Shown here one piece after another: positions 1 through 13,045 of a stretch of DNA of 64,000 bases. Origin of the DNA: Squalus acanthias (lineage: Eukaryota). The notes beneath the pieces are model-generated. The model saw only the letters and a program-made list of their open reading frames with translations. It did not search any database and was not told the DNA's origin. The number at the start of each line of letters is the position of its first letter. The stretch's first letter is position 1. The stretch is from assembly GCA_030390025.1 (NCBI GenBank), contig CM059432.1:119972001-120036000 (forward strand). The letters run 5' to 3'. Made by a program: the position numbers and the translations under genes.

Positions 1-1994
1 GTGGTTTCTTGCCCACCGATTGACATGTTGTACACTGACTGACTATGTACTCTATCTCTTTATCTAAACCTGGCCACCAAATCTCTTGGTCAAGCATATT
101 CCAAGTGCTGGTCATGAAGATCTCCTAACAATTTAGACCTGAACCTATTTGGGATAACCATGCTTGCTCCCCACATGATGCAATCTTTATCCACTGACAA
201 TTCATTCCTACAAACGAAGTATGGATGGATATCTTCTTCTATTACCTGATTTGGCCATCCATTTGCTATGTAATCATACACCTTTGACATAATTGGGTCA
301 CGTTTGGTTGCTCTGCCAATCTCTTCAGCTGTGACTGGCAGCTCATCAATGTATGAGGAATAGAACACTTCTTCCTTATTGGGTGGAACTTGTGATGGGG
401 ATGGCAACCTGGACATAGCATCAGCATTACTGTGATCAGCTGATCATCTGTACTCAATGTCTTACGTATACACTGACAAAATCAAAGCCCATCTCTGCAT
501 TCGGGCTGCAGCTAAGGTTGAAACTGGGGACTTTGGATGGAGGATTGCTGTCAGGGGCTTATGGTCAGTAACTATGGTAAACTTACGACCAAACAAGTAT
601 TTGTGAAACATCTTGGCCCCAAAAATCAATGACAAATTTTCCCTTCCGATCTGCGCATAATTCTGCTCACTGGCACTGAGAGTGCGTGAAGCAAAGGCAA
701 TTGATCTCTCCTCCCCATTATCTAGTACATGAGAGATCACTGCCCCAACTCCATATGGAGAGGCGTCACACGCTAGCTTGATCTCCTTAGATACATCATA
801 GTGAACTAACATGGTACTCTCTACTAACTGGCTTTTACACTCTTTGAATGCTGTGTCGCATTCTTTTGACCACTTCCAAGGGACCTGTTTTCTCAACAGC
901 TCATTCAGTGGATGTAACAATGTAGCCAAGTTTGGGAGGAACTTTCCGTAATAATTCAAAAGACCCAAAAATGATTGAAGCTCAGAGACATTCTTGGGAG
1001 TGGGTGCATTTCTGATTGCATCCAGCTTTCCCTTGGTTGGATGTAAACCATCTTTGTCTACTCTGTGCCCTAAGTACTCCACTGAATTTTGAAACAACTC
1101 ACACTTGTGAGTTGTCACTCGTACTCCGTGCTTCTCTAGCCGTTTGAGCATTTCATTCAACACCTCATCATGGATTTGCCTGTTTGGTGCTGAAATGAGT
1201 ATGTCATTCAAATAACACACTACCACTTCAATCCCTTGCAAAATTTGGTTCATCACCCCCTGGAATATGTCGGGGGCAGAAGACACTCCAAATGGTAGCC
1301 TATTGAATTGATATAGGCTTCGGTGAATATTTATAGTCAAGCATGACTTGGACTCTTCATCTAACTCAAGTTGTAGGTAGACGTTTGTTAGATCTAACTT
1401 CAAAAAAATCTGGCCGCCTGTCAGCTTTGTGAACAAATCTTCCACAGTTGGCAATGTATTGGGTAGATTACACCTGGTTTACGGTTACCTTATAATCACC
1501 ACACAATCTTACTTTACCATCCAACATAGGTACAACAACAATGGGTGTAGCCAATTACTCAGATCTACCTTAGAGATAATATTCTCAGTTTCTAGTCTTT
1601 TGAGTTCTTGCTCAACTTTCTCCTTGAGTGCGTATGGTACGGGACATGGCTTGCAGTAAACTGGACTTGCATCCTTCTGCACTCTGACACTTGCCTTGAA
1701 GTCTTGGATCGGACTGCCCGTTTCGCTGAACATCTTCGGATACTGCTTTATGACATCATCTTTCGATGCAAATTTCGCTTCCACATGAAAAATCTCATTC
1801 CAATCCAACTTCAGTGATCCCAACCAATTTCTACCTATCAAGGCAGGCTTGTCTCCGGCCATTACTATGAGAGGCAAGCTCTGACACTGATCCTTGTATT
1901 TCACTGGTATGGCGACACTTCCTACTACATGGATTTGCAGTTCTGAGTAGCCTCGCAGCTCTATGTTCAATTTCTCTAGTCGATAATCACGCAA
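1..1994 (-). pseudogene. pol: Gypsy pol (PR C-terminus, RT, RNase H, integrase N-terminus), disrupted
   Basis: ORFs 1509-1994, 462-1454 (KLDL, RLPFG, YLNDIL = mutated YLDD, YLGH, CDASPYGVG) and 90-416. Confidence 0.9.
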
Positions 1995-3006
1995 CTTGTC
2001 GCGATATAATGATTCCGTACTACGCTCACGGATGCATCAGTGTCGATTTCCATGGGTATCCTGGTTTCTGCGACAACTACTTGGATGACGATACCTTGTG
2101 AATCGCTGTTAGATACCTTCGTGCTTCTGATGACGTGAATCTCCAGAAATTCCTCGTCCTGCTGCTTCTCTTCAATGGTATGTAGTGTCTGGCGATTTCT
2201 ACTTCTAGCATCGCCAGTCGGTTTACTCTTCTGTCGGCATGCCTTTGCAAGATGCCCAGTTTTCTTGCAGTAGAAAAACTCTGCCTTCACATATGGACAG
2301 CTTTGAGCTACGTGTTGTCCCAGGCACCTATAGCATGACTTCAATGCACTGTTACTTTGGCCAGTTGCTGAGGCCTTTGGGCCCAACTGCCTTTTACTTT
2401 TAGCCTGCAGCCGATTCATCTCAGTTGTCTGATGACTGGAAATGGTGCGAAACTCTTGGGAGTATCCATATCCATTGACATAGCTGTCTGAAAAGCTAGG
2501 TCAAAAGTCAAGTTAGGGGTTGTCAACAATTTACTTCTGATACGTTTATTTTTCAACCCACAATCAAAGCAGTCACGCAAAGCTCGGTCCTGAAAGTTTC
2601 CGAAATGAGAGTGAATGGATAGCTTTTTTAAAGCTACGATGTACTCACTGATACCCTCGTCATTTAATTGATCGCGTGTTCCAAAAAGATAACTTTCAGC
2701 AATTTCCAGGGGCTCAAGACTGTAGTGCTGTTCTAACTCGGTTACGTTCTCCTTCAGTGGTGTGTCCTTCGGCTTGGCGGGAACAAGCAGATTTTTCAGG
2801 GTTTCATACATCTCAGGGACTGCTTCAGTCAAAAAAATAGCCTGTTTCCTTTCTAAAACCGCCCGGTTACAGTTTACATCATCGGGGACTTCGACAATAC
2901 TATTCGCAGTGAAAAACATTTCTAGCCGCTCCACATACACTCCGAAAGTCTCTCGGTCATGATCGAACTCACCCAAGTGCCCTATTATTCCAATAGGTGC
3001 GGCCAT
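1976..3006 (-). pseudogene. gag: Gypsy gag (frameshifted) running into the aspartic protease
   Basis: ORFs 2416-3006 and 1976-2419; zinc-knuckle remnants CYRC..H..C and C..GHLAKAC; protease motif MEIDTDASVS (DTG mutated). Confidence 0.85.
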
Positions 3007-3155
3007 CTGGACTCTGGCAACATCGACAGTTCAGCCACGTGTGCTCAAAATTTACCTCGGATTTTTAAGTTTTTCTGCAAAACAAAGAACCTCTAACAGT
3101 CCCTCCGTCGGTTGGCAGGGTTATCCTCCAACAAAAATACAGCTAGGGAATCTGC

Positions 3156-3174
3156 AATCGCATCCTCATCACCA
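3156..3174 (-). promoter_or_regulatory. Primer-binding site complementary to the tRNA-Ser(GCU) 3' end
   Basis: Minus TGGTGATGAGGATGCGATT, 4 nt after the LTR; 16/19 match to TGGCGACGAGGATGGGATT, two mismatches are CpG decay. Confidence 0.75.
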
Positions 3175-3178
3175 ATTC

Positions 3179-3300
3179 TGTGATATCTTGAGACACAGCA
3201 TATATATACACAACAGCACAGCATGGCTTCCGTTAAGAACTGTACTGCACATAGCTTTATTATTATATACATCAGTAATCCACCAGGTGGCTCTATTACA
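3179..3300 (-). repeat. 5' LTR (~122 bp) of the Gypsy element
   Basis: Minus strand reads TGTAATA...TATCACA (TG...CA with a 7-bp imperfect inverted repeat), has an internal AATAAA and is followed by the PBS; partner LTR is outside the window. Confidence 0.75.
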
Positions 3301-4927
3301 ACCAGAAACTGAACTGGACCAGCCACATAAATGCCATGTCTCCTCAAATAGGTCAGAGACTGGATATTCTGCAGCGAGTGTCTCACCTCCTGATTCCCCA
3401 AAGCCTTTCCACCATCTACAAATCACAAGTCAGGAGTGTGATGGAATACTCTCCACTTGCCTGGATGAGTGCAGCTCCAACAACACTCAAGAAGCTCAAC
3501 AGTATCCAGGACAAAGCAGCCCACTTGATCGGTACCCCATCAACTGGCTTAAATATCCACTTTCTCCGGCATTGGTTTAACATGGATGCAGTGTGTACTA
3601 CCTACAGGAGGCACTCCACTTAGAAGGACAAGGGCAGCAGTTGTATGGTAACACCATCACCTTCAAGTTCCCCTCAAACACATAAATAGTAAAAAGGAAG
3701 TCAAAGGAAGGGTGGGGCCAATTAGGGACCAAAAAGGAGATCTTTTCTAATGGAGCCAGAGGCAATGGCTGAGGTATTAATGAATACTTTGCATCTGTCT
3801 TCACTAGAGAAGAGGATGCTGCCAATGTAGCAATAAAGGAGGAATACATAGCAATATTGGATAGGATAAAAGTAGATAAAGAGGAGGTTCTTAAAAGGTT
3901 GACAGTCCTCAAAGTAGAAAAGTCACCTGGTCTGAATGGGATGCATTCTAGGTTACTGAGGGAAGAAAGGGTGAAAATTGCAGAGGCTCTGGCCACGATC
4001 TTCCAATCCTCCTTGGATATGGGGGTGGTGCCAGAGGACTGGAGGATCGCAAATGTTACACCCCTATTTAAAAAAGGGGAGAGAGATAAACCCAGCAATT
4101 ACAGGTCAATCAGCCTAATGTCGGTGGTGGGGAAACTTTGAGAGACAATAATCTGGAACAAAATTAATTGGCATTTGGAGAAGTATAGGCTAATAAATGA
4201 AAGTCAGCACGGATTTGTTGAAGGCAAATCTTGTTTGACTAATTTGATCGAGTTCTTTGATGAAGTAACAGGGAGGGTTGATGAGTCTGGTGCAGTTGAT
4301 ATTGTGTATATGGACTTTCAAAAGGTGATTGACAAAGTACGACATAATAGAATTGTTAGCAAAATTAAAACCCATGGGATTAAAGGGACAGTGGCAGTGT
4401 GGGTACAAAATTGGCTAAGGGACAGTCAGCAGAGAGTAGTGGTGAACAGTTGTTTTTCAGATTCCAGGGAGGTATGCAGTGCTGTTCCCCAGGAGTCGAT
4501 ATTAGGACCACTGCTCTTTTTGATATATATTAATGACCTCGACTTCGGTTTAAAGGGCAGATGATACAAAACCCGGAAATGTAGTAAACAATGATGAGGA
4601 TAGTAATAGACTTCAGGAGGACATGGACAAACTGGTGAAATGGGCAGATATATGGCAGATGAAATTTAACGCAGAGAAATGTGAAGTGATACATATGAAC
4701 TAAATGGTACAATTTTAAATGGGCTGCAGGAACAGAGACCTGAGGGTGTATGTACACAAATCTTTGAAGATGGCAGGGCAAGTTGAGAAGGCTGTTAAAA
4801 AGCATATATGATCCTTGGCTTTATTAATAGAGGAGTAGAATACAAAAGCAAGGACGTTATGCTAAACCTCTATAAAAATGAGAAGTCGCACAACACCAGG
4901 TTATAGTCCAACAGATTTATTTAAAAT

Positions 4928-4963
4928 TACAAGCTTTCGGAGCTGTCGCCCCTTCCTCAGGTA
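4928..4963 (-). ncRNA. Minimal hammerhead ribozyme motif (mirror copy)
   Basis: Minus UAC-CUGAGGA-A-GGGGC(GACA)GCUCC-GAAA-GCUU-GUA. Confidence 0.62.
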
Positions 4964-4996
4964 GAGTTACTGTGAGCAGTAACTCTACCATAACTC

Positions 4997-5032
4997 TACC
5001 TGAGGAAGGGGCAACAGCTCCGAAAGCTTGTA
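4997..5032 (+). ncRNA. Minimal hammerhead ribozyme motif
   Basis: UAC-CUGAGGA-A-GGGGC(AACA)GCUCC-GAAA-GCUU-GUA: core boxes, stem II, palindromic stem III, stem I UAC/GUA. Confidence 0.65.
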
Positions 5033-6475
5033 ATTTTAAATAAATCTGTTGGACTATAACCTGGTGTTGTGCGACTTCTAATTTTTGTCCACTCCAGTCC
5101 AATGCCGGCATCTCCACATCAAAACCTTTATAAAACATTGGTTAGGCCTCAGCTGGAGTATTGTGTTCAATTCTGGATAACTCACTTTAGGAAGGATGTC
5201 AAGGCCTTGGAAAGGGTGAAGAGGAGATTTACTAGAATGGCACCAGGGATGAGCGACTTCAGTTATGTGGAGAGTCTGGAGAAGCTGGGGTTGTTCTCCT
5301 TAGAACAGAAAAGGTTAAGAGGAGATTTGATAGAGGTATTCAAAATCATGAATGGTTTTGATAGAGTAAATAAGGAGAAACCGTTTCGAGTAGCAGAAGG
5401 GTCGGTAACCAGAGGACACAGATTTAAGATGATTGGCAAAAGAACCAGAGGCAACATGAGAAAATATTTCTTTACGCAGCGAGTTGTTGTGATCTGGAAT
5501 GCACTGCCTGAAAGGGTGGTAGAAGCAGATACAATAGTAACATTCAAAAGGGAATTGGATAAATACTTGAAGGGGAACATTTTTTACAGGGCTATGGAGA
5601 AAGAGCGGGGGGAGTGGGACTAATTGGATAGCTCCACGAAGAGCCGGCACAGGCGTAATGGGCCGAATGGCCTCCTTCTGTGCTGTATCATTCTATTATT
5701 CTATAAGTCACACACCATCCTGACTTGGACATACATTGTAATTCCTTCATTGTCGCTGGGTCAATATCCTGGAACTTTCAAACTAGCAGCACTGAAGGTG
5801 CTCCCTGTTAGGGAATTCCAGGATTTTGACCCAGCGACAATAAAGGAACAACGATGTATGTCCAAGTCAGTGGCACATTTCCCGAGTGTAAGATTGCCTA
5901 TGAAGATCTTCCTGAACACATGTTTGAGATTGATCGATATACTTCTGTTTGCATCCACTTTGATTATGCGGCATCAGAAAGCTCTGTTAATTGTTAATTT
6001 CCTGAATACAAATGTCACAGGTTTTGCATAGCCAGAGATCCATCGATTTGCTTTGCCTTGGAGAAATTCTTGAAAGTGCGGTTCACCCTTCTTTGATTAT
6101 TGCTGTAGATGAATGAGCAGATAATGAAACTGATCAGTAGAAGTCTCCATGATCGCACAATAAGCATGTGCAAAACCAAATTGAACCCTAGGCTGGGACT
6201 TATCGTCACATCCCCTACATCCCAATGTTGCCTTATTTAATAAACGTACTGGTTCTCCTACCTAATTTGTGCAAGTACCTCGTAAACCAGTGGTGGAAGT
6301 TTGACTTTGTGTGATAGTCATTGAAGTCAATGGAAATCGGGAGAGATGTAAAATGGACCGCTGGTTATTTACCATCCGAGTTACATTATCGCAAAATTAT
6401 TCCCTTGGTGTGCATGTTTTGGATAGTTTAGAGAGGTAAAAATCATTCATTTATCTATAATATATTAAAAATCTT

Positions 6476-9047
6476 GGCCGTAAAATTCGTCAGCTTAGCG
6501 CCGGCAGTTAAGACCAGTTTTGGTTAAAAAATGGCAGCTGCCTCGCTTCCACCCACTTCCGGTGGGTCCTGCGGCGGCTGCCATTTTGGGCAGGTCGGTA
6601 GCACTACTGTTGCCTGGAGAAATGGTACTGAGGCAGTGTGCACCGCTGATCTGATGCACGACCTGCCGTTATTGACATCGCTGCTCCTTTTAACTCCCTC
6701 TCCAAATCACGACCGGCTGAACGTGCGTTCAGCAGCAGGAACGATCCCGCACCAGCGCTATTTAAAGGGATCAGCAACAACTTGTAGCTGACTTGCTTTT
6801 TGATTTCTACTGGCTGTGTGTAAGTTTCTGCAACTGTTATTTAAATTGGTGAGGTGACAGGGAACGGTGCTGTAAGTGGAAAAGGCCTTGCTTCTGATTT
6901 AAAGGGTTCTGCTTACACCACCTGCTCCCAGTCATGGGGACTCTACTTGCATTTCCCCTCACAATCGAGCATTACAGGGAAATGGAGCAGAGGCAGCGAA
7001 GAAGTGGACAAGATGCTCGCAGGGGGAGGAGGAGGAGGGGCAGGAGGGCTCTCAGCAGGAGCCTTACCCACCTAGGGTCTTCCAAGAGCACTTCTCTCCT
7101 ACCTGCACTTAAGCCAGGAGCAGTGTATTCGGAGGTTCTGCTTCACCAAGGAGGTGGTCACAGAACTCTGCCACCTCTTAGAACCAGACTTGCTGCCTCA
7201 GAGAAGGGCAACGACGCCGCTGCCAGTGGCCCTCGAGGTCACCGTGGCCCTCAATTTTTTTGGCACCGGATCCTTCCAGTCTTCAGCAGGAGACGTAGCT
7301 AACATCTTCCAGTTCACCGTCCATCACTGCATCAGGGAGGTTACAGAGGCTCTGTGCTCCAGGAGAAGGGACTTCATTGTCTTCTCTCATAACAGGAGAG
7401 TTGCAGAATTGTGCATGTTGCTTTGCCAAGATATTGGGCTTCCCCATGGTGCAGGGCACCACCGATTGCACACACATGTTTTGCAGGTGCCGCACATCAT
7501 TTCTGAGATGTTCCGTAACCGCAAAGGCTACCACTCACGTTATGTGCAGTTGGTGTGCGACCACGCCCAGCACATCCTGATAGTGAATGCCTGGTATCCC
7601 AGCAGCAGGCATGATGCCTTCATCCTGCACCAGTCCGGCGTGCCAGCAATCTTCCAGCCACCACATCACACCCGAGGGTGGCTGCTCGGATACAAGGGCT
7701 ATCCGCTCTGCACCTGCCTGATGACTCCCCTCTGAAAATCCCAACACTCGTGGCCAGCAATCATATAATGGCAGCCATGCTGCCATGAGGAACCTCATCG
7801 AGCAGACCTTCAGGGTGATGAAGCAATGGTTCTGCTGCCTTGACCGCTCGGGAGGAGCCCTCCAGTACTCGCCGGAGTGGGTGTCCCATTTTGTGGTGGT
7901 CTGCTGTATCCGCCACAACTTGGTCATCATGAGGGCGCAGCCCTTGCCACGACGGGTTCCGGGACCACTTCAGGAGGAGGAGGAGGAGGAAGAGAAAAAA
8001 GAGGAGGAAGAGGAGGAAGGGAGGAGGCAGGCAACAGATCCCCATTCTTGACGGGCTATCCGTGAGCACATCATCAGAATCTGATTCAATGAACCGCAGA
8101 TCCCCGTTGCTCACCACATCCCCATCATACCATCCCTCTGTCATGGAACACCACAACATCCTCCTGGGCACAAAGCTGAAATGAGAGCCACCACAAAACA
8201 AACATTCCAAACATAATTTATAATCTTATCAATTCCAATACTACACGTCAACTAATCACCCTTGTGCATTCCCTTAGTGCCTGTCTTTCGTGTTCCTTTT
8301 CTAATGCTCCAACGAAGTGCTCCCCCAGTGGCTGCAGCATGGCTGGTGAATGGCTGCTGACTTTCCGTGGTGGAGACTGCAGATGGCCGTGCAGGATGAC
8401 CTTGTGCAGCTCTGGGCCTAGAAGGCCCGGCTATGGACTGCATCACCTCAGCATGGGTGGCAGCATTCTGGGCTGGCTGGATGACAGGCAGCAGCAAGAG
8501 CACTGGCAGAGTGGCAGTGGTGTGGATAGGAAAGCTGTCGTCCTGAGAGAGGACTGGATCTAGGTCCTGGGGACAAAACTCGTGGCACTGACAGCTTGAG
8601 CTATTTCCTCCCACATCCTTCTGGTGTTCTGCCTGGAAGGCCTCCTGCCCCCCTGCAGGTAGAGGACCTCACGTCATCTGTGAACCCCCAGGACCAAGGC
8701 CTCCAGTGCCGCATCAGAAATCCTTCTCATCCTCTCTTTTGCCTGTTGGGCCATGACTTCATCCAGACTGTCAATGAGATGCTTCTGCAATGAAGCATCT
8801 CATCTTTAAGTAGTGCAGAGAGCCTAGGTCAAACTTTATTGGCCAGTAGACTGCACCCGATATTGGCCCTTCTGTTCAGCACTAAGCCAACCAGCAGCAC
8901 ATTTAACACTGAGATCAGCGCTACAATCATTATACTGAGCAGGTAGCACAAATTTTGTGTGCTGCCTGCACCACTTTGAACAGACACGGGCACATCGTGC
9001 TTTGCGCTGCCCGTTTCTGTTTTTAGGCTTTATCCAATTTCACCGCC
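6476..9047 (+). mobile_element. PIF/Harbinger DNA transposon H1, decayed and internally deleted
   Basis: Imperfect TIRs GGCCGTAAAATT / AATTTCACCGCC; HARBI1-like pseudogene on +, remnants of the Myb partner on - (about 8250-8800). Confidence 0.82.
6934..8090 (+). pseudogene. HARBI1-like DDE transposase, frameshifts and stops
   Basis: VTVALNFFGTGSFQ, DCTH, RNRKGYHS, HDAFIL, GYKGYPL, RNLIEQTF, poly-Glu tail. Confidence 0.9.
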
Positions 9048-9774
9048 ATTTCCTCAACACACACACTACCTGTTTTCAACTTTGTGTGTCAAATATTTCC
9101 CATTATAATTGCCTATGTCAAAATTTAATGTGGGATTCGCCTATATAAACTTGCATTGCGATAATTATATAATCTAGTCACTTGGTGCTCAGTCTGTGAG
9201 CAACTTCAGTTCCCTCTTAAAAATTTCAGAGCCCCTGGCCAGCACCATGTTTTATCAGCAGGTCAAGTTTTTTTATTTCAAGTGTTAGGCTTATCTTCTC
9301 CATCTATTTTACAGAAGTATTGGGCTGAATTTTAATCCGCAGGAGTGCATAGGTTTGGGTGCGAGTGAGGGCGGTGGTAAAACCGGGGAAATTGACAGCG
9401 CGTCGGGAAGCCAGCTCCAACCTTCCGACTTCCGCATTTCACTGGAGCACGTGTGTGCGCGCAACCCCTCGAGAGAGAGAGAGAGGCAGGTTGCCAATTA
9501 ACATGTTAATCGCTCAATTAGAGTGATATTGACACACTCTTGACTTTAACGCCGGTTCCTAAAACTCGCCAGTGAAAGCAAGGCGAGTGCACAGCGGCCA
9601 CTGAGGGGGCTGAATAAATCTCAGGGAAATATGCCAATAAATATTCAGTACTCACAGCTGCTTTCTTACCTGCTTGTGGGAAAGGGTTTGTTCACAGTAC
9701 TTTTGCTGAGAGGTTACTATCTAAACTTCAGAGATTATTTTCTACACTTTGGAGGTTTGTTCTATCACATCAGG

Positions 9775-10970
9775 ATGGGTGCCGCTTATGCTGCCTTAGA
9801 TTGGACCTCTGATGAGGACAAGATGACCAGCAACAGCACCAACAATCTGCTAGTCACAGACCTGTAGTTGCACAGCAGCGAGAGGAGCAGCAGAAAGATG
9901 ATCAGCAGAGAGGAGACCAGCAGAGAGGTGCAGCTCGCAGGAGCCAATAACCACGAAACAGGGTCCAAAGGCAGAGGCTGAACTTCCTTGACATGTCTGA
10001 ACAGCAGTGTCTCAGAAGGCTCAGGATGTCATGTCAGGTGGTGGCAGACATCTGCAGGCTCCTAGAAGACGACCTGCTGCTTGCTGGACCTGGTGGCTGT
10101 CAAATTCATACCACCCTCAACATTTTTGCCTCTGGATCCTTCCAGGGCTCTGCCGCAGACATATCCAGGAACTCCCAGTCGGCCACCCACAAATAAGTAA
10201 GACAGATCACTGATGGGTTGTTTGCCAGGGCTCGCAATTATGTCAACTTGGTCTGCGATGATGCCAGTTGGAATGAGCAGGTGCTCGGCTTTGTGGCTCT
10301 GGTTGGCTTCCCACAGGTGCAGGGCATCATCAACTGCACACATGTGGCAATCCCTGCACCACCAGATCAACCAGGATTATTTGGCAACAGCAAGGGCTTC
10401 CACAATGTGCAGCTGGTGTGCAATCACAAAAAGATCTTTATGCAGGTATGTGCAACATTTCCGGGCAGCTGCCATGATGCTTTCATCCTGTAGCAGTCCA
10501 AATGCCTTGATCTCTTTGGACCTGGAAGCAGATTTAAGGGGTGGCTGCTAGGCGACCACTTCAAACTTGGCTCATGACACCCGTCAGAAACCCGACCACT
10601 GAAGCCCAACAGCGCTACAATGAATGCCATATCACCACCAGATGTGTGATTGAACAGGTCATCGGTATGCTGAAGATGCGCTTCAGGTGCCTCGAAAGAT
10701 CTGGAAGCACCCTTCAGTATGCACCAGCCAGGGTCTCCAGAGTGGTCATGGTTTGCTGTGTGCTGCACAAAATTGTGCAACAATGAGGCTTGGACCTGCA
10801 GGAAGAACAAGACGAAGAGCTCAGATTCTCCTTGGACGATTTGGAGGGGGAGGAGGAAGATGAGGAGGAGGAGGAGGAGGAGGGTGAGGAGCTGGTGGCA
10901 GTACACCACCAGCTGCTCACGTTGTTGCCCGGGATGCCAGGGTTGCCCTTATTGATTCAAGGTTCACTTA
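9775..10970 (+). pseudogene. HARBI1-like transposase pseudogene
   Basis: MSEQQCLRRLR, FASGSFQ, GFPQVQGIINCTH, PGSCHDAFIL, RCVIEQVIGMLKMRFRCL, acidic tail; multiple disruptions. Confidence 0.9.
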
Positions 10971-11295
10971 GGTTGCACTAGTGGACCCATGTCACCAGAA
11001 AATGCAACGGCCACTCTTCCGCCTCCTCAACCACTCCCCCCCCCCACCCGCTTTCAATGCCACTGACACAAAGCAGTCCTGCAACTAATCTTGAACATCC
11101 ATTGATGGTCCCCATCAATTCACATCTTCACATTCATCATCAAACATGCTAGAAGGCCATTTACCACCAAGCACCCAAGAATGGACAAGATGGGAAAGTG
11201 CCAAAAAAGATAAACATTTATGTGAGCTATGTAAAGGACAAAACCTTATCAACACAATGTTTTTCTCAGACACCCATGTGCATACCCTTGTGCAA

Positions 11296-13045
11296 CTACA
11301 GAACCTTACTCTTCCTTTTTCTGCTACTCCTACATGGCGGAACCCTTGTGACTTCAGCAGAGCTAGAGGCAGGCTGCTCAGATCCCTGATTTGACTGCTG
11401 AGATGCTCTTGGCCAATGACCTCTGGGCTTTGGAGCCCATGAGGGTCCCACCAAAGACTGCTCCACCCGCACCTGTGCAGGGGCAGACTCGACCATCGGG
11501 AGACAAGGCACCATGTGGACTACTGACTCAAAGGTGGGCAATGGGTGAGAAGTGGTAGCGCTTTGAGTGGAGTCCCCGCTTCCATGAGCCCTTTCGCCAT
11601 CAACCCTCTCATGGCCCAGCCGTACTTCACTGCTACCACTGTGCTGGAGAACACTTTGCTGCAGACCAGTGCGGTCCTGTAAGGCCAAGGCTATGGTATC
11701 TGTCAACCTATTTAAGGTGGCAGACATGTTGACATCCAGAGTCTGCACGGTGGTGTTGAAGGCGGCATGGACTTATTTGATTGGAGTGTATGACGGTCCA
11801 CGACGCTGGCCACTCTATACATGGAAGAAGACATCATCTCAATGGCCTGTGACATCACCCCCCTCATGTTTGAGGTGGACTCCTCCAATCTCTCTGCAAT
11901 CGTGGTGAGTCCACTTTGAAGGCCTGTCAGTGCATCGCAAATTATCTGCTGCTGCTCAATGATTCTCTTCTTCATTGACGGCCCCCGAGGTACAGCATCC
12001 ATGTCCAGCTGAGTAGAGCTTGGAGAGTCCTGCACCCTCTGACACGCTGCTCCACAGCTGTCCCTGTCTCCACCATCTGCTCCTGCTGACTTGTGAAGTG
12101 TGAGTCACCAAGTGAAAACCCAATTTGCTGTCTTATTGGTCCCAGCCAAGTGTGAGTATCTGAGATGGTGCAAGGTAAGCATGAGTCTGTGACAGTGCAC
12201 CCTCAGAAGAACTCAGCTCCTCTGATGACTCGTCAGTCATGAATTAGTCCTGGCAAGGTAAGAATGTTGCAAGTTATCATTATGAAGATGATTATATTTC
12301 ACTCGCTGTTGAAACCAAGTCAACATGACTGAGTGCCATTTGACATGTGGCTGGCTTTTATTTAATTGTTTCACAAGGTAGCTGGGAGCTCCCCATCTCC
12401 GACAGCCAGGGACACCGAAACGCCACTTATTTCTAGCACCTACTCCTCTGACGTTGTAAGCTGCATGATCTGCGGAGGGCCCCCTCCAGTTCTCTCCCTT
12501 TCCCTGGTGTTCTGTGCTCTCTTCTCCTGCATGGAAGGAAAGAAGAGACCTATAAGTGAGAGTAATGACATGTGTTCATCCAATGAACGGAGTGCATTTC
12601 GTGAGGTTGCCTATGAGGGGGAGGCATGACATTCCATAAGGATGCAGGTGAGTGGGCATGGTGGATGGATAGATGGAGATGTGAGGAAGTGGATACAAAG
12701 AGGATGGGTGCACCTGCATGGTAAGAGGTTGCGAGGAGTGATGTGATGGAGTTGGCTTGAGAAGGCAGAGTGAGTGGGTTGGGGTGATGCATACAGCAGG
12801 ATGTAGGTGAATGTGCCACTGTATTCACCTTTCCTGGCCTGCTTCGGTCATTAAACCACTTTCTGCACTGAATCCAGGAGCGTGGCCCTACGCTCCTGCT
12901 GCTGACCTCCTCCGCAACCACGCCTTCTTAGTCTCAGCTACAGGCTTCTTCCTCCCATCTCTCTCCGACTCCTCGCAGCCACCAGCAGCACATCCAGGGA
13001 GGCGTCAGTGAAATGGGGCACAGCCTTTGCCCATCTGGACTCCAT
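11296..13045 (-). pseudogene. Myb/SANT-like Harbinger partner gene, spliced, decayed
   Basis: AEEVSSRS..RSWIQCRKWFND then a GT donor near 12828; exon 2 EKRAQN..RERTGGGPP; C-terminal RSSRKRKSK. Confidence 0.82.

Larger units (their letters stand above)
1..3300 (-). mobile_element. Ty3/Gypsy LTR retrotransposon, 5' portion, decayed; continues past the left window edge
   Basis: Minus-strand order LTR-PBS-gag-PR-RT-RNaseH-start of integrase (RT before IN = Gypsy order); several frameshifts and stops. Confidence 0.93.
4878..5121. mobile_element. Palindromic Penelope-like pLTR-derived insertion, copy 1, with two hammerhead motifs
   Basis: ~95-bp inverted arms plus unique tail gtccactccagtccaatgccggcatctccacatca; TSD aaacctYtataaaa at 4864-4877 and 5122-5135 inside the CR1. 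Confidence 0.8.
3678..5704 (+). mobile_element. CR1 LINE, 5'-truncated, decayed ORF2 (RT) and 3' tail
   Basis: KSPG, NYRSISL, QHGF, YMDFQK, PQES(G)ILGP, RPQLEYCVQFW motifs; ends in ATTCTAT repeats. Confidence 0.92.
3301..5780 (+). mobile_element. Non-LTR retrotransposon 3' fragment (third family, CR1/Jockey-group RT C-terminus), split by a CR1 insertion at 3678-5704
   Basis: QKLNWTSHIN...VRSVMEYSPLAW...IQDKAA; sequence stops at caagttcccctcaa (3677) and resumes aagtcacacaccatcctgacttgg (~5706), contiguous in the sister copy near 59823-59860. Confidence 0.8.

Noticed and set aside
4878..5121. Palindromes as miRNA precursors, CRISPR repeats or DNA MITEs
   Set aside because: Dispersed, no spacers, asymmetric tail and variable 10-14 bp TSDs fit retrotransposition better
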